A DNA stretch of 40,119 nt, from positions 1 to 40,119 of the IMG/VR virus record IMGVR_UViG_3300027973_000098; one strand, written 5' to 3'. Positions 26,176 through 36,123 of the stretch are shown here, one piece after another; position 1 is the stretch's first letter; every line of letters starts with the position of its first letter. Both the position numbers and the translations under genes were made by a program. Below the pieces are notes generated by a model. It was not told where the DNA came from. It worked only from the letters and a program-made list of their open reading frames with translations, and did no database searches. The DNA comes from a virus. Taxonomy: Duplodnaviria > Caudoviricetes.

Positions 26176-26391
26176 TTATGTCCAATTAAGTACGCGAATT
26201 GTTCCATTGGCATCAACTATCTTTGCCTGGTTAGTTGTAATGTTTAGCCACGCATCACCAATGCGCGGGTAAATTGGATCGGTAGTTACATTAGGAAATG
26301 TAAAACGCACCGCGGTTTCTAGTTTGTTTAAGCGGTTGTTCAAATCGGCAAACATTCTTTGCAAATCAATAGGTTGATTGATGTATGGCAT
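26176..26391 (-). CDS. Small tail-associated protein
   Basis: LNNRLNKLE coil then PRIGDAWLN; coupled to the hub gene. Confidence 0.6.
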   Translation of the reverse strand: MPYINQPIDLQRMFADLNNRLNKLETAVRFTFPNVTTDPIYPRIGDAWLNITTNQAKIVDANGTIRVLNWT

Positions 26392-27503
26392 TACGCTTCT
26401 CCTGCTCCTTGTGCAAGAGTTAATGTTACGCGTTCAGGGCCATCTTCACCTGGTTGAACTGTAAGGCCAACAATGCGGTAAATTTCATCAAGCGTGTTAG
26501 GAAAACGGCTATCTGTAATAATAATGCGAGCGTCATCACCTAATTGATAAGTGCCAAATACAGGATCAACATAAGCGGGAACAACAACCTTTAATACAGT
26601 TGGCGGATAAGAGGTAGCCAAAGATTGCGCGTTGGCTAATTGTTGCAAAACTGTTACATCTGTAATGTCTGAATAGTTAGATGTAGTCTCAAGCAATGCC
26701 CACCCTGCAAGAAGTTTTGAGGTGTCTTGACCTAGTGAAATCAACTTGCCTTCATTAGAACCAGCGCCTAACGCATAAACCGTGTTGGCCACAACTGAGC
26801 CATCTTCAGGGTACTCATACTCCACCATGTTACCTGCGGGAAAAGTAAATACAGGAACATTAGGATCACCAAAAGAATAGGCCAAACCACTACGCGGGTA
26901 GTAGGTGTTAAAGTTTTTTACAGGCAAATCTGTGATTGCGTCATACTCAACATCAATTGAAAAATCAAATCCATCACCCTGACGGCTTAAATCTTGCACC
27001 GCTTGAAACACATTTTTTAATTCATAATTGTAATAAACACGGTCAATTAACACACCTGATGATGTTTGTCCTGCGCTGTTATAGCCAACGCCAATGTCAC
27101 CATAGGTTGCATTTTGTGCATTTTCAATAAGTGTTTTGGCTACAAGTAATTGGTCTGTATTTGTAAATTGAATGTCCTGCGTGATGCGCCTATGGTCAAA
27201 GTATGAAATCCATTCTTGCGCGCTAAATGTCAGTGTTTGTGAGGTGCTATTGTATGAGCGCCCCCAAATAACTCCACCCCATACCAAAATGCCATCACGA
27301 TCTACATACAACCCGCAGTGAGCAGGAATAGTTGAAAGTTCAACATTGTATTTATCTGCGTTTACGCCTGACAAAAGTAAGTGACCTTGAAAAGATCCAG
27401 GTTGATTGAGTTGCTGAGTAAAACCAACACCAGTTAAAGGCAGTTCACCAATAATGGTGTTGCTTAATAAATCAACAAAAAGGTAACGGTAGGTAGTAGC
27501 CAT
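26391..27503 (-). CDS. Minor tail / baseplate hub protein
   Basis: LVWGGVIW, GFDF, YPEDG...NTVYALG, YQLGDD pattern of actinophage minor tail proteins. Confidence 0.8.
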   Translation of the reverse strand: MATTYRYLFVDLLSNTIIGELPLTGVGFTQQLNQPGSFQGHLLLSGVNADKYNVELSTIPAHCGLYVDRDGILVWGGVIWGRSYNSTSQTLTFSAQEWISYFDHRRITQDIQFTNTDQLLVAKTLIENAQNATYGDIGVGYNSAGQTSSGVLIDRVYYNYELKNVFQAVQDLSRQGDGFDFSIDVEYDAITDLPVKNFNTYYPRSGLAYSFGDPNVPVFTFPAGNMVEYEYPEDGSVVANTVYALGAGSNEGKLISLGQDTSKLLAGWALLETTSNYSDITDVTVLQQLANAQSLATSYPPTVLKVVVPAYVDPVFGTYQLGDDARIIITDSRFPNTLDEIYRIVGLTVQPGEDGPERVTLTLAQGAGEA

Positions 27504-27512
27504 AGGATCATC

Positions 27513-27719
27513 TTACCTGCGCCGACCCCATTGAACCATGTTCCAGGCTCTTTCATGGAAATAATAAATAAACACTTTTACTACGGTTTCCCAAAACGCT
27601 ATAAGCGTTGCTAAAGAACCTTTACCTGTGATTACATAAACAACAGCCCAGGAGGATACCGTTCCCCATACTCTATAACTGAGCGATTTAACAAATGAGC
27701 GAGTTTTAGTTACTTTCAC
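27513..27719 (-). CDS. DUF2061-like small membrane protein
   Basis: RSFVKSLSYRVWGT...KVFIYYFHERAWN..WG. Confidence 0.8.
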   Translation of the reverse strand: MKVTKTRSFVKSLSYRVWGTVSSWAVVYVITGKGSLATLIAFWETVVKVFIYYFHERAWNMVQWGRRR

Positions 27720-27806
27720 TTATTCTCCCCATTTTTTATCAACAAAATAAACCATAATTAGAGCAATCACAACAGATGCAATAACAGCAAGTATGTATTC
27801 CTTCAT
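27720..27806 (-). CDS. 28-aa membrane peptide
   Basis: TGATG overlap; MKEYILAVIASVVIALIMVYFVDKKWGE. Confidence 0.5.
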   Translation of the reverse strand: MKEYILAVIASVVIALIMVYFVDKKWGE

Positions 27807-28561
27807 CAAATACCCATTTCTTTGCGCTTTTGAGTAGCCGAAATTGCTTCAATTTCATCACCCAATTTTACTTGTTCAATTTTGTACCCAACATCTCTAC
27901 CGTACACAATGTTTGTAATGTTTGGCAATTTAAGAACAAGAGCATCAACCATAGCGGGGTCTTGTTCAATGTAATGTTTTACTTCATTAAAATTTAACGG
28001 ATCTTTTTCGCTAGTTTTGTATGTATTGCGAACACCTAAAAGAACTTGATCTGTTCTTTTGCCAGCCTCGGCATAAAGAGCATGATGGCCTTCATGCCAG
28101 GGTTGATAACGGCCTAACATCAAAGTTGTAGGTTTTCTCCAATCATGTAATCCAGCAATTCTGATAACATCATCAACTTCTTCTTCAATAGTTGAACCAT
28201 CAAGAATTACTACATCAGTATCCGTTGGGTTTTCCCACATTTTATTAGTATCTTCAAAACGCCCAACTTCAATACGGTTTACCCAAATTAGTAGATCAGG
28301 TTTTCCAAATGCGGCGCGAGTTTCTTTAGTTGGACAAATAAAATCAACAATAGTTATGTAGCCTTGTTTGCTTGTTAAGCGAGCCAATGCGCCTAAACGC
28401 CTTGCTTGTTCAATTCTATCTTCAGGTGCAAACCCTAAATCTGAATTCAGATCAGCCCGCACTTCATCTGCATTAAAATGAATTGCGTTTATGCGGTCAG
28501 CAAGGGCGGTAGCAAGAGCGGTTTTTCCTGCACCTGGCAAACCAATTATTTGAATAATCAT
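27806..28561 (-). CDS. cysC: Adenylylsulfate kinase fused to an HxGH nucleotidyltransferase domain
   Basis: GLPGAGKT, NADEVR, DLGFAPEDRIEQARR, DFICP; then GRYQPWHEGH, VYGRDVG, ISATQKR. Confidence 0.85.
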   Translation of the reverse strand: MIIQIIGLPGAGKTALATALADRINAIHFNADEVRADLNSDLGFAPEDRIEQARRLGALARLTSKQGYITIVDFICPTKETRAAFGKPDLLIWVNRIEVGRFEDTNKMWENPTDTDVVILDGSTIEEEVDDVIRIAGLHDWRKPTTLMLGRYQPWHEGHHALYAEAGKRTDQVLLGVRNTYKTSEKDPLNFNEVKHYIEQDPAMVDALVLKLPNITNIVYGRDVGYKIEQVKLGDEIEAISATQKRKEMGI

Positions 28562-29019
28562 TTATTTGCCTTATCTTTTAATGTTTCATACAATTCTTGC
28601 GCTTTGTCAAACAAGTATAATGGATAAGACTCAGGTGTAGAATTTTTATTTAGTTTTGTGTAATCAATTTTTGCAGGTTCTAGTTCTATTAACTGTGCAA
28701 TTTGATTTATTGTTTTTTCAGTTTTGTTTGTTAAGTCATCAAAGAAAACCCAACGCTCAGGATTTGTTTTTTCTAATGCAGTGTTATAGAAACGCAACCA
28801 CCAGCGCTCAGAGGCATTTTTATCGGTCTCATCAAACCAGTTCATAAAACTTGAGATGGAATAATGAGGATCCCTTATTAAAATAAAATGTTTATTTGTA
28901 ATCAGACTACAATTGTGAGTAAACTTTCCAACCTCTAAATCAAGAAAAGATTGTTTTAATAAATCATCACAAAAAAAGTTTCCTGAGCGTGGAAATCCTT
29001 CTACTGTTATTCTACCCAT
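28558..29019 (-). CDS. Sulfotransferase-fold protein
   Basis: 5'-PSB loop GFPRSGN, 3'-PB motif LIRDP...ISS, later FFDDL; start at MGRITV. Confidence 0.75.
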   Translation of the reverse strand: MGRITVEGFPRSGNFFCDDLLKQSFLDLEVGKFTHNCSLITNKHFILIRDPHYSISSFMNWFDETDKNASERWWLRFYNTALEKTNPERWVFFDDLTNKTEKTINQIAQLIELEPAKIDYTKLNKNSTPESYPLYLFDKAQELYETLKDKANK

Positions 29020-29438
29020 TGGTCGGTGGTGTAATCCCAATTCCATCTTAATGAAGCATCAGGCTTGCTAGGGCGAACAATCCAGTTTAGATGTAGTTCG
29101 CTCCATACATAATCTTCTTCTCCTGCGGGTCTTGTGAGAGGAGGAGTCCATTGGAAAGTCTCATCAACAATCCAAGATGCAAACGGTGAAGGAGTCAAAA
29201 ACGCATCTAGTTTTTCATTATAAGAATAACCAATACCTGCATAGTTGCCTCTAAATGGTGTTCCACCTAATTTGTGTTCTCCACAAGAAGTATTGTAAGA
29301 AGTTCTTTTGCATACTTGATTGCGAAAATTTCCATACCAAGTTTCAGGGTCTAGTCCTTCAATCAATTCATCTTCAGGAACTCCAACAATAACTTCAGTG
29401 ACTAAGTTATTATTATCTAAAAATGCGTAATGCGCCAT
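29007..29438 (-). CDS. Tail-fibre-associated protein
   Basis: MAHYAFLD...RTSYN...FRGNYAGIGYSY...PFASW; follows the Gly-rich fibre gene. Confidence 0.65.
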   Translation of the reverse strand: MAHYAFLDNNNLVTEVIVGVPEDELIEGLDPETWYGNFRNQVCKRTSYNTSCGEHKLGGTPFRGNYAGIGYSYNEKLDAFLTPSPFASWIVDETFQWTPPLTRPAGEEDYVWSELHLNWIVRPSKPDASLRWNWDYTTDQWVE

Positions 29439-30607
29439 TATGACCAACTCACTGTTCCTGTGCCGCTTGTAATTGTTGTTACCTTAAATCCACCAGCGGG
29501 TGCTGGTGTGCTTAATGTAAGACCTGCGCTTGAAATAGTGCGAGTGTCAGGATACTTTAGAATAACAACACCTGAACCACCATTAGCGCCTGCTTGACTT
29601 GGGGTTGCCTGTCCAAGAGCGCCACCTCCTCCGCCACCAAAATTTGTACCACCATCTGTTGGTACAGTTCTTCCGCTTGGCGTATTTAATTTACCACCGC
29701 TACCGCCATTACCTAAACCGCCATTACCATACGGCTCTCCTCCCGTTGAACCGCCACCACCGCCACCAGCATAGTAAATGGCTGTTCCAGTTATACTAGA
29801 TTGAGTTCCATTTCCACCATTGCCACCAGTTTGTTGATAATTGCTACTAGAACTTTGTCCAACAGTTCCGCTGGCACCACCACCGCCACCACCCCAAGCG
29901 GCTGTAGTTTCGTATTGTCCGCCACCGCCGCGGCTACCTTGCTTTGGTGATGTAATTGGATTTTCTGCTTGTGAACCGTTATCTCCTGAGCCTCCACCAC
30001 TAGAACCTCCTTCATAACCAAAAGTGCTTTTTGCGCCACCGCGTCCACCACCTGTTGATGTATAAGAATTAAAAACAGAGTCCGACCCATTTGTACCTAG
30101 TGAAGTTCCACTTGACGGGCCACCGCTTCCGCCTCCACCAACCGTTACGCCATAATTAGTTGCGGTACTCAATCCACTAAAGGTTGTAGTTCTCATACCT
30201 CCTGACCCACCACCACCGCCAGCGGCGCTTCCTGGATAAGAGCCACCACCACCACCGCCACCAGCAACAACAAGAGCCTCAACATCAAATGTTGGAGCAA
30301 CTGGTGTTACTGAGTTAGAAGCAGCAGAAGCCACAGATGTTAAATTTGCCGAATTAGTTGCTGTTACAGTAAATGTGTAAGCAGTTCCATTTGTTAATCC
30401 TGAAACTGTAATAGGTGATGATGCACCTGTACCAGTTAAAGATCCTGGTGAAGATGTGACTGTATAAGAAGTAATTGCAGAACGGCCTGTAAAAGTTGGC
30501 GCTGTAAAAGTAACTGATGCGCTTGCGTTTCCACCTGTTGCAGTTCCAATGGTAGGAGCATTAGGTTTTACTGGGCCTGAACTGGAGATAGTTGCAATGA
30601 TTGACAT
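29438..30607 (-). CDS. Tail fibre / receptor-binding protein with FN3 and glycine-rich domains
   Basis: FN3 (PNAPTIGTAT...VSGLTNGTAYTFTVTATN) then LVVAGGGGGG...GGSGVVILKYP; start at MSIIAT. Confidence 0.8.
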   Translation of the reverse strand: MSIIATISSSGPVKPNAPTIGTATGGNASASVTFTAPTFTGRSAITSYTVTSSPGSLTGTGASSPITVSGLTNGTAYTFTVTATNSANLTSVASAASNSVTPVAPTFDVEALVVAGGGGGGGSYPGSAAGGGGGSGGMRTTTFSGLSTATNYGVTVGGGGSGGPSSGTSLGTNGSDSVFNSYTSTGGGRGGAKSTFGYEGGSSGGGSGDNGSQAENPITSPKQGSRGGGGQYETTAAWGGGGGGASGTVGQSSSSNYQQTGGNGGNGTQSSITGTAIYYAGGGGGGSTGGEPYGNGGLGNGGSGGKLNTPSGRTVPTDGGTNFGGGGGGALGQATPSQAGANGGSGVVILKYPDTRTISSAGLTLSTPAPAGGFKVTTITSGTGTVSWS

Positions 30608-31500
30608 TAAATTAAATCTCCCACTACTAACCAATTGTTTGCAGAAGTTTGAATTGCACCTACAGATGAATACTGAGTGCGAATTACAGGGCTTGCAGGT
30701 GTTGCTCCGTTAGAACGCACTGTTACGCCTCCTGCTCCTGAGATTGTTACTGCGCCTGCTCCAAAAGATGACATCATAATAACAGCACCTACGGGCAATG
30801 CTATTGAACTATTAAGCGGTATTGTAACCGCAATAGCAGAAGCATTGCTAAGTGTTACAAGTTTGCCATTATCGGCTAACGCTAATGTATAAGTTGTTCC
30901 TGTTTGCGCATTTGTAGCAACGCTTGCCGCTAAAGTAACCGCGCCACTTGATCCGCCGCCTGTTAATCCTGCGCCTGCGGTCACACTTGTTATGTCACCA
31001 ACAGCAAGATTAGTAGTTGTATCCACGCGAGTATCTGTAATGTTTGCTGTGTTAATTTGAGTTACAGCCGCGCCCACCGCAACGGTTGCAAGTGAAATTG
31101 AGTTAGCGGGTAGTGCAGGTGCAACAGGAGAACCCGCAGGAGTACCAGCAATTACTTGAAAAATTACATCATTATTTGCGCCTGAATAAAAAGCATCACG
31201 CACTGTTGCGCATACTAGGTCAATGCGTGGGTTTGTTGGATCGGCTGTTGTAATTGTTAGTGTGTCAATTGCATCATTAAAAATTGTGTACACGCCCATG
31301 TTGCTTGTTGTTGTACCAACAATTGCGGCCCAACCTGAAGCAACGCGCACTGACATACCAGGAGGAGTGTTTTGAGTGACGGCTAATGAAGAACTACCAA
31401 TAATGCCAGTAGTAGCCCACAACGCTTGCGCTGTTAGGCGGTCATACTGGGCAGGGTATGAACCTGCCTGCAACCATGATGGAGGTGTTTGTAGTGTCAT
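30607..31500 (-). CDS. Minor tail protein (fibre base) with C-terminal docking domain
   Basis: ADPTNPRIDLV, GTPAGSPVAPALP, ITDTR; C-terminal NAQTGTTYTL...VVGDLI. Confidence 0.78.
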   Translation of the reverse strand: MTLQTPPSWLQAGSYPAQYDRLTAQALWATTGIIGSSSLAVTQNTPPGMSVRVASGWAAIVGTTTSNMGVYTIFNDAIDTLTITTADPTNPRIDLVCATVRDAFYSGANNDVIFQVIAGTPAGSPVAPALPANSISLATVAVGAAVTQINTANITDTRVDTTTNLAVGDITSVTAGAGLTGGGSSGAVTLAASVATNAQTGTTYTLALADNGKLVTLSNASAIAVTIPLNSSIALPVGAVIMMSSFGAGAVTISGAGGVTVRSNGATPASPVIRTQYSSVGAIQTSANNWLVVGDLI

Positions 31501-31510
31501 TTATTCTCCC

Positions 31511-32371
31511 TTAGATGTACGCAGAATACCAAGAAACGGTAGCCTGAGTAGTTCCTGCCAAAGTGCTTGAGCCAGTAAAAAAGAAATTTGAATTGCCTGG
31601 CGGCGCATCAAACCAAGTGCCTGAAACTAAAAGATTACGCGCAGGGTTGCCATTGAGAGTAATCAATTGATTGTAAAGATCAATTTCTAAAGTATCTAAT
31701 GCACTGTATGTACCTGTGAAGTTGAGTGTGTTGCCAGTAGTTGTATTGCCAATAATGGGGTTTGTAATAGGCCCTTGAATAGTAATTGTTGGATAGGTAG
31801 TAGCCCACCCAATGTTTTGAATTGTTGTTGTAACCGTAGAAGAACCGCCGCCGTAGGTGTAATTAAATGTTCTGTTGTATGTACGCCCTAAAGCCGCGCT
31901 AATAAGCATGTTGGCAGTTTGCAAATTGCTGTTGTAATAATTTGGGTCAGGGCAAAAGAATTCAACCTGAGATGTAATGTATCCGTATGTGTAATTAGGA
32001 TCTACGGTTGTGCGCAAAGAGCGTACGCGAGCATCAACAAATTGTTCAGATGTAGGAATGTTAGGAAACTTAAAAAACAAAGGTGTTGTGCCTGATGTTT
32101 GTGGCAAAAGAATACTTTGAATGGTGTTGTAATTTGTCTGAGCAGATCCGTTAGCATCACCAAAAGTATTAAAAATAATTGAGATACTTCTGCCGCTTAA
32201 AAAGTCACGACCCGTAAACATGCCATCATGGTATCCGCGGTTATCATCTTGATTACGGATACCAGGCAAAGACTCTAAACCATCAACGCTTAGGATTTGG
32301 TAGGGCGAACCAGCGCCACCAAACACTTGATTTTTGAAGGCAAAAGAATAAACCTGACTAAGCGTTGTCAT
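31511..32371 (-). CDS. Distal tail protein (Dit-like)
   Basis: Directly after tape measure; VEFFCPDP, N.G...TYPTITIQGP, PPGNSNF. Confidence 0.8.
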   Translation of the reverse strand: MTTLSQVYSFAFKNQVFGGAGSPYQILSVDGLESLPGIRNQDDNRGYHDGMFTGRDFLSGRSISIIFNTFGDANGSAQTNYNTIQSILLPQTSGTTPLFFKFPNIPTSEQFVDARVRSLRTTVDPNYTYGYITSQVEFFCPDPNYYNSNLQTANMLISAALGRTYNRTFNYTYGGGSSTVTTTIQNIGWATTYPTITIQGPITNPIIGNTTTGNTLNFTGTYSALDTLEIDLYNQLITLNGNPARNLLVSGTWFDAPPGNSNFFFTGSSTLAGTTQATVSWYSAYI

Positions 32372-35300
32372 TATCTATCTCTCAAATACATACTTGATGA
32401 TTGCGCAGAAGGCAAAGTATAAGTGCGCGCTTTAATAGAAGCCGCCCCTATCGCACCGCTTTCACCAGCGGCTAAAGCGGTAGGAGCAGTAGGAACAATT
32501 ACATTTCCAAATTTAATAGCATTAACAACTTGATTAGTAGTGCTGTAAGGATCGGTCAAATTAACGCCAGTAACAGATGTGTTGTAATTAGTTACAACTG
32601 ATGTTGATGACCCTGCACCACCAGGAGCAGTAGTGGCAATAATCGGCGTGTATTGAGGGGCATTGCTAATAGCACTAGCCGCAGATGATGAACTTAAAGC
32701 CCTCATAGCCGCGGCAACTTCCTTTAATTTATCTTGAAGATCTTGAAGTTTTTTCATGGTGGACTTATTGATTTCATCAATAGCCTTTTCATAGTCTTTC
32801 TGAGCCTCTAGGAGCGCTTCTTGCAGGGTTGTAGCCGCTTCTGCAAGTCCTTCATCAAGATCCTTTTGTGCGCGCTCCCTAGCCTCTGTAAGCGCTTTAT
32901 TAGCGTCTGCAATTGCCTCATTGTAGGCAGTTTTAGCATTAGCCAAAGCCTCTGTAAGATCCTTGTTTGCTTCTTTTAATTTTTCTTTGCGCACTGTCTC
33001 TGCTTCAGTAACGGCCTCACTGTATGCCGCATTAGCCTCAGCCAACGCCTCATTCATTTCAGTATTGACCGTGGCTAGTGACTCTTTAAGATCTACGGAT
33101 ACCTGTTTGTAAGCGTCCATCAATTCAGCGGTAGCAAGTTTTCCGCCTGCGTTCATTGTTTGCGCAAGAGCGTCTAAGCCAGTTTCAGAAACTTTTTCTA
33201 CCTGACCGTACAAAGATTGTAATTCTTTTGTTGCATCAGGTGATGCGGCCTTGAGTGCTTCAGCAATTTTATTACCCGCTTCAGGGCCTTGCTTAACAAC
33301 TTCTTCAATAAACACCTGGCTGTAACCCATGCCAGCAAGTTTTGCGGCGTTGGCTTGTAACTCTTTAGCCGCGGCTAATTTCTTTTTAAGTTCATCAAGA
33401 AGTTTGTCAGCGTTATCTGCCCCGCCCTTAAACGCCTCACCTAAATCAAAACCAGTCTTAGATGCAAAAGCCTTACTCAAGCGCTCCATTGATTGTTGAA
33501 CAATGTTTGCTTGCTTTTCTGCGGCATTTCTTGTTAAGTCAGCGGTTTTATCTGCCGCTTTCTTGCGTATGTCATCAAGTTTTGCATTGTTAGCCTTGAG
33601 AAGATCTGCCTTTTTATCAGCAAGATCTTTGTCAATACTTAACTCAAGTTCTGCAAAACGCTTTTTGGCTTGATCTTCAGCCTTGCCTTTACGGTCTAAG
33701 GCTTCTGCCGCCGCGTCATCATAACGCTTTTGGGCTTCATCAAGAACTTCTTGATTGCGCTTTTTAAGATCTTCAACTTTTTCATCATAATCTTTATGTG
33801 CCTTGAACATGATTTCATTGCGTCTGTCTAATACCTCTTGCGCTTTTTCTTGCGCGTCAGCAATAGCCTCATTCATGTCTTTGTAAATTTTTGTTACATC
33901 TTTTTTGTAGCCTTCAAGTTTCTTTTTTTGCTCATCAGTAAGGCCGCCACCACCGCCGCCTCCGCCGCCGCCTCCGCCCCCACCTTTGCCTTTGTCTTTT
34001 GTTGTATCGTTTTTGGCAGACTTGTTAGCCGCGGCTGTAAAACTATCTACTTTAGATTTAAGTCCTTCAATTTTAGACGCTGTTGTTTCAGCAAAATTGC
34101 CAACGCCTTCAATAGCGCCATTAACTAATTTAAGCCCTTGTTTAGCCGCGTTGCCAACGCCAGGCAATTTAGACATAACGCCTAAGAACAATTTAAGAGG
34201 CCCTGTAATAACTTTCATAATAATGGTAATCATGTCACCCCATGCGCGGATCATAAAAGCCACATAACTAAGAACGGCCTTAGCCACAATTGCTACGCCG
34301 TTTCTAAATGTTTCGCTTTTTTTATACGCAACAACAAATCCTGCAACAAGTAAACCAATAGCAGTAACAATTATTCCAATTGGGTTTGCTCGCATAACCG
34401 CATTGAGTCTAAGCATAGAAGCGGCAAGCGTGTTGGTAGATGCAATAGATGCTAATTGTCCACCAGTAAGAAGAATTTGAGCAACTTTCATAACGGTCAT
34501 AGAAACTGCAACCAATTTTTGAATTGCTAAATAAGATTTGTAAGCAACAACGCCTCCCAGGATTGCACCAGTCAATACAAGAATAACCGTTGAATTGTCT
34601 TTAATAAATTTACCTAAAGTGCGTAACCCTGGAATAAATTTGTCTGTTAAAAAATCTGTAACTATTTTAAGTGCAGGTAATAATTTTTTACCTAAATCTT
34701 CTTTTAGTTGATCGAAGTCATTTCTAAGAACCTGCATGCGTCCTTCAGGAGTATTTCTTAATTCAGCGTTAAAATCTTTGTAAGTTGAATTTAAGACCTT
34801 AACAATAGCCGCGGCTCGTTCTGCTTCTGTTCCTGATGAAATTTGTTTTTTTGTATTTTCATCAAGCACAAAACCAACTCTAGTAAGAGATCCAAAATTG
34901 CCATTAAGCGCTTGAGCCAAACCGTTAGTCATCTGCTTGAATTCATCTGTGCTTGCGTTTGCACCTTTTTCAGCGGTTACATAATCAAGAATTGCAGGAG
35001 TCAATGCTTTAATGGTGTCAGTTTGCAAATTAAATGTTGCCAACTGTGATTGTGTCTGCGTGATGTTTCCTTGAGTAACAACACCTACTTTTTGTAGCGC
35101 GTCTGCCTGCGCATTAAGTGAGGCAATTTGTTCATCAGTTGCGCCAGTACCAACCTTCATCAATTGGTATAAGCGTTGTTGTTGCGCTTCTGCTTCTTGC
35201 GCTTGTTGTATTACATCTCTACCAAATTGTAAAACTTGCGTACCTGCAAAAGCAATACCAAGAGATGCGCCAATTTGTTTTACCTTAGTTGCAAAATTAG

Positions 35301-35433
35301 CCATGCCGCTAGATGCGGTTTGAACAGATTTATCTACACCCTTGATAGCATTTTCAGCCTGGGCTAGTCCTACTTTAAGTTCACTTACATCTGCCTGTAA
35401 TTTAATAAGCATTGGTGGAATTAAATCAGCCAT
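32371..35433 (-). CDS. Tape measure protein
   Basis: 1020 aa, Ala/Lys/Glu-rich helical, ANPIGIIV hydrophobic region; between chaperone and Dit. Confidence 0.92.
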   Translation of the reverse strand: MADLIPPMLIKLQADVSELKVGLAQAENAIKGVDKSVQTASSGMANFATKVKQIGASLGIAFAGTQVLQFGRDVIQQAQEAEAQQQRLYQLMKVGTGATDEQIASLNAQADALQKVGVVTQGNITQTQSQLATFNLQTDTIKALTPAILDYVTAEKGANASTDEFKQMTNGLAQALNGNFGSLTRVGFVLDENTKKQISSGTEAERAAAIVKVLNSTYKDFNAELRNTPEGRMQVLRNDFDQLKEDLGKKLLPALKIVTDFLTDKFIPGLRTLGKFIKDNSTVILVLTGAILGGVVAYKSYLAIQKLVAVSMTVMKVAQILLTGGQLASIASTNTLAASMLRLNAVMRANPIGIIVTAIGLLVAGFVVAYKKSETFRNGVAIVAKAVLSYVAFMIRAWGDMITIIMKVITGPLKLFLGVMSKLPGVGNAAKQGLKLVNGAIEGVGNFAETTASKIEGLKSKVDSFTAAANKSAKNDTTKDKGKGGGGGGGGGGGGGGLTDEQKKKLEGYKKDVTKIYKDMNEAIADAQEKAQEVLDRRNEIMFKAHKDYDEKVEDLKKRNQEVLDEAQKRYDDAAAEALDRKGKAEDQAKKRFAELELSIDKDLADKKADLLKANNAKLDDIRKKAADKTADLTRNAAEKQANIVQQSMERLSKAFASKTGFDLGEAFKGGADNADKLLDELKKKLAAAKELQANAAKLAGMGYSQVFIEEVVKQGPEAGNKIAEALKAASPDATKELQSLYGQVEKVSETGLDALAQTMNAGGKLATAELMDAYKQVSVDLKESLATVNTEMNEALAEANAAYSEAVTEAETVRKEKLKEANKDLTEALANAKTAYNEAIADANKALTEARERAQKDLDEGLAEAATTLQEALLEAQKDYEKAIDEINKSTMKKLQDLQDKLKEVAAAMRALSSSSAASAISNAPQYTPIIATTAPGGAGSSTSVVTNYNTSVTGVNLTDPYSTTNQVVNAIKFGNVIVPTAPTALAAGESGAIGAASIKARTYTLPSAQSSSMYLRDR

Positions 35434-35435
35434 GA

Positions 35436-35906
35436 TTAACTCCCCAATTTCTCTTTAACAGCGGTTGAAAAGATCCTGGTTAATTTACCGCTACGCAATA
35501 GCGATAAAGCCGCAGGTTCTAAGTAAGGGTATTTTACCCCTGGCGGCCACTTTCCACCGCCCTTTTCTACCTGGCGAGAATAAATCATTGTTGGCCCAAC
35601 TTCAGCCGTGTACACACCTAATCCAACACGGTAGGTAGTTTTAATAGATCTTTTTAGATTACCTGTAACTGTGTTAGGCCCTGATCCACCAACATGTTTT
35701 GGTGGTGTAATAACTAAATAAGGTCTGCCGTTTTTACTTACACGCTTTTCATAACTGCGTGTGCCTTGAAAGTTTAATTTTGCCTGGCGTTCAACTGCAA
35801 GACCAACACGCATAATTCCTAATTGCGCGCCTTGTTCAATCTTTTCAGCCGCTCCATCAATCGCGGCGAGAACATCTTTAAGGTTCTTGATGACAATTTC
35901 AGCCAT
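35436..35906 (-). CDS. HK97 gp10-like tail component
   Basis: TGNLKRSI, VGPTMIYSRQVE.G, YPYLEPA. Confidence 0.75.
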   Translation of the reverse strand: MAEIVIKNLKDVLAAIDGAAEKIEQGAQLGIMRVGLAVERQAKLNFQGTRSYEKRVSKNGRPYLVITPPKHVGGSGPNTVTGNLKRSIKTTYRVGLGVYTAEVGPTMIYSRQVEKGGGKWPPGVKYPYLEPAALSLLRSGKLTRIFSTAVKEKLGS

Positions 35907-35907
35907 T

Positions 35908-36123
35908 TCATAACCCTTCTGTTTTCACCTCATCAACGGTTCTAGCAATTGCTATTAACCAATCTGCCGTACTAGCGGGCAAGTTATCTACCTGTTCAGG
36001 TGTCCAACCAAACCGCTCTGCCATTTGGTAGTAATACCATTGCTCATCAGGATAAGAGAACGCCTCATGGCGTTCTCCACCCTGAAGTAACCATTTTAGG
36101 CGTTGGAGTTCTCGCCAATTGCT
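35908..36123 (-). CDS. Tail assembly chaperone, -1 frameshift extension (gpGT-like)
   Basis: -1 frame open from slippery CCCAAAA (36129-36123) to TGA at 35908; contains AERFGWTPEQVDNLP. Confidence 0.75.
   Translation of the reverse strand, partial: SNWRELQRLKWLLQGGERHEAFSYPDEQWYYYQMAERFGWTPEQVDNLPASTADWLIAIARTVDEVKTEGL

Noticed and set aside
29438-31500. Diversity-generating retroelement acting on the tail fibre
   Set aside because: No reverse transcriptase, and the paralogous domains differ throughout rather than only at adenines.
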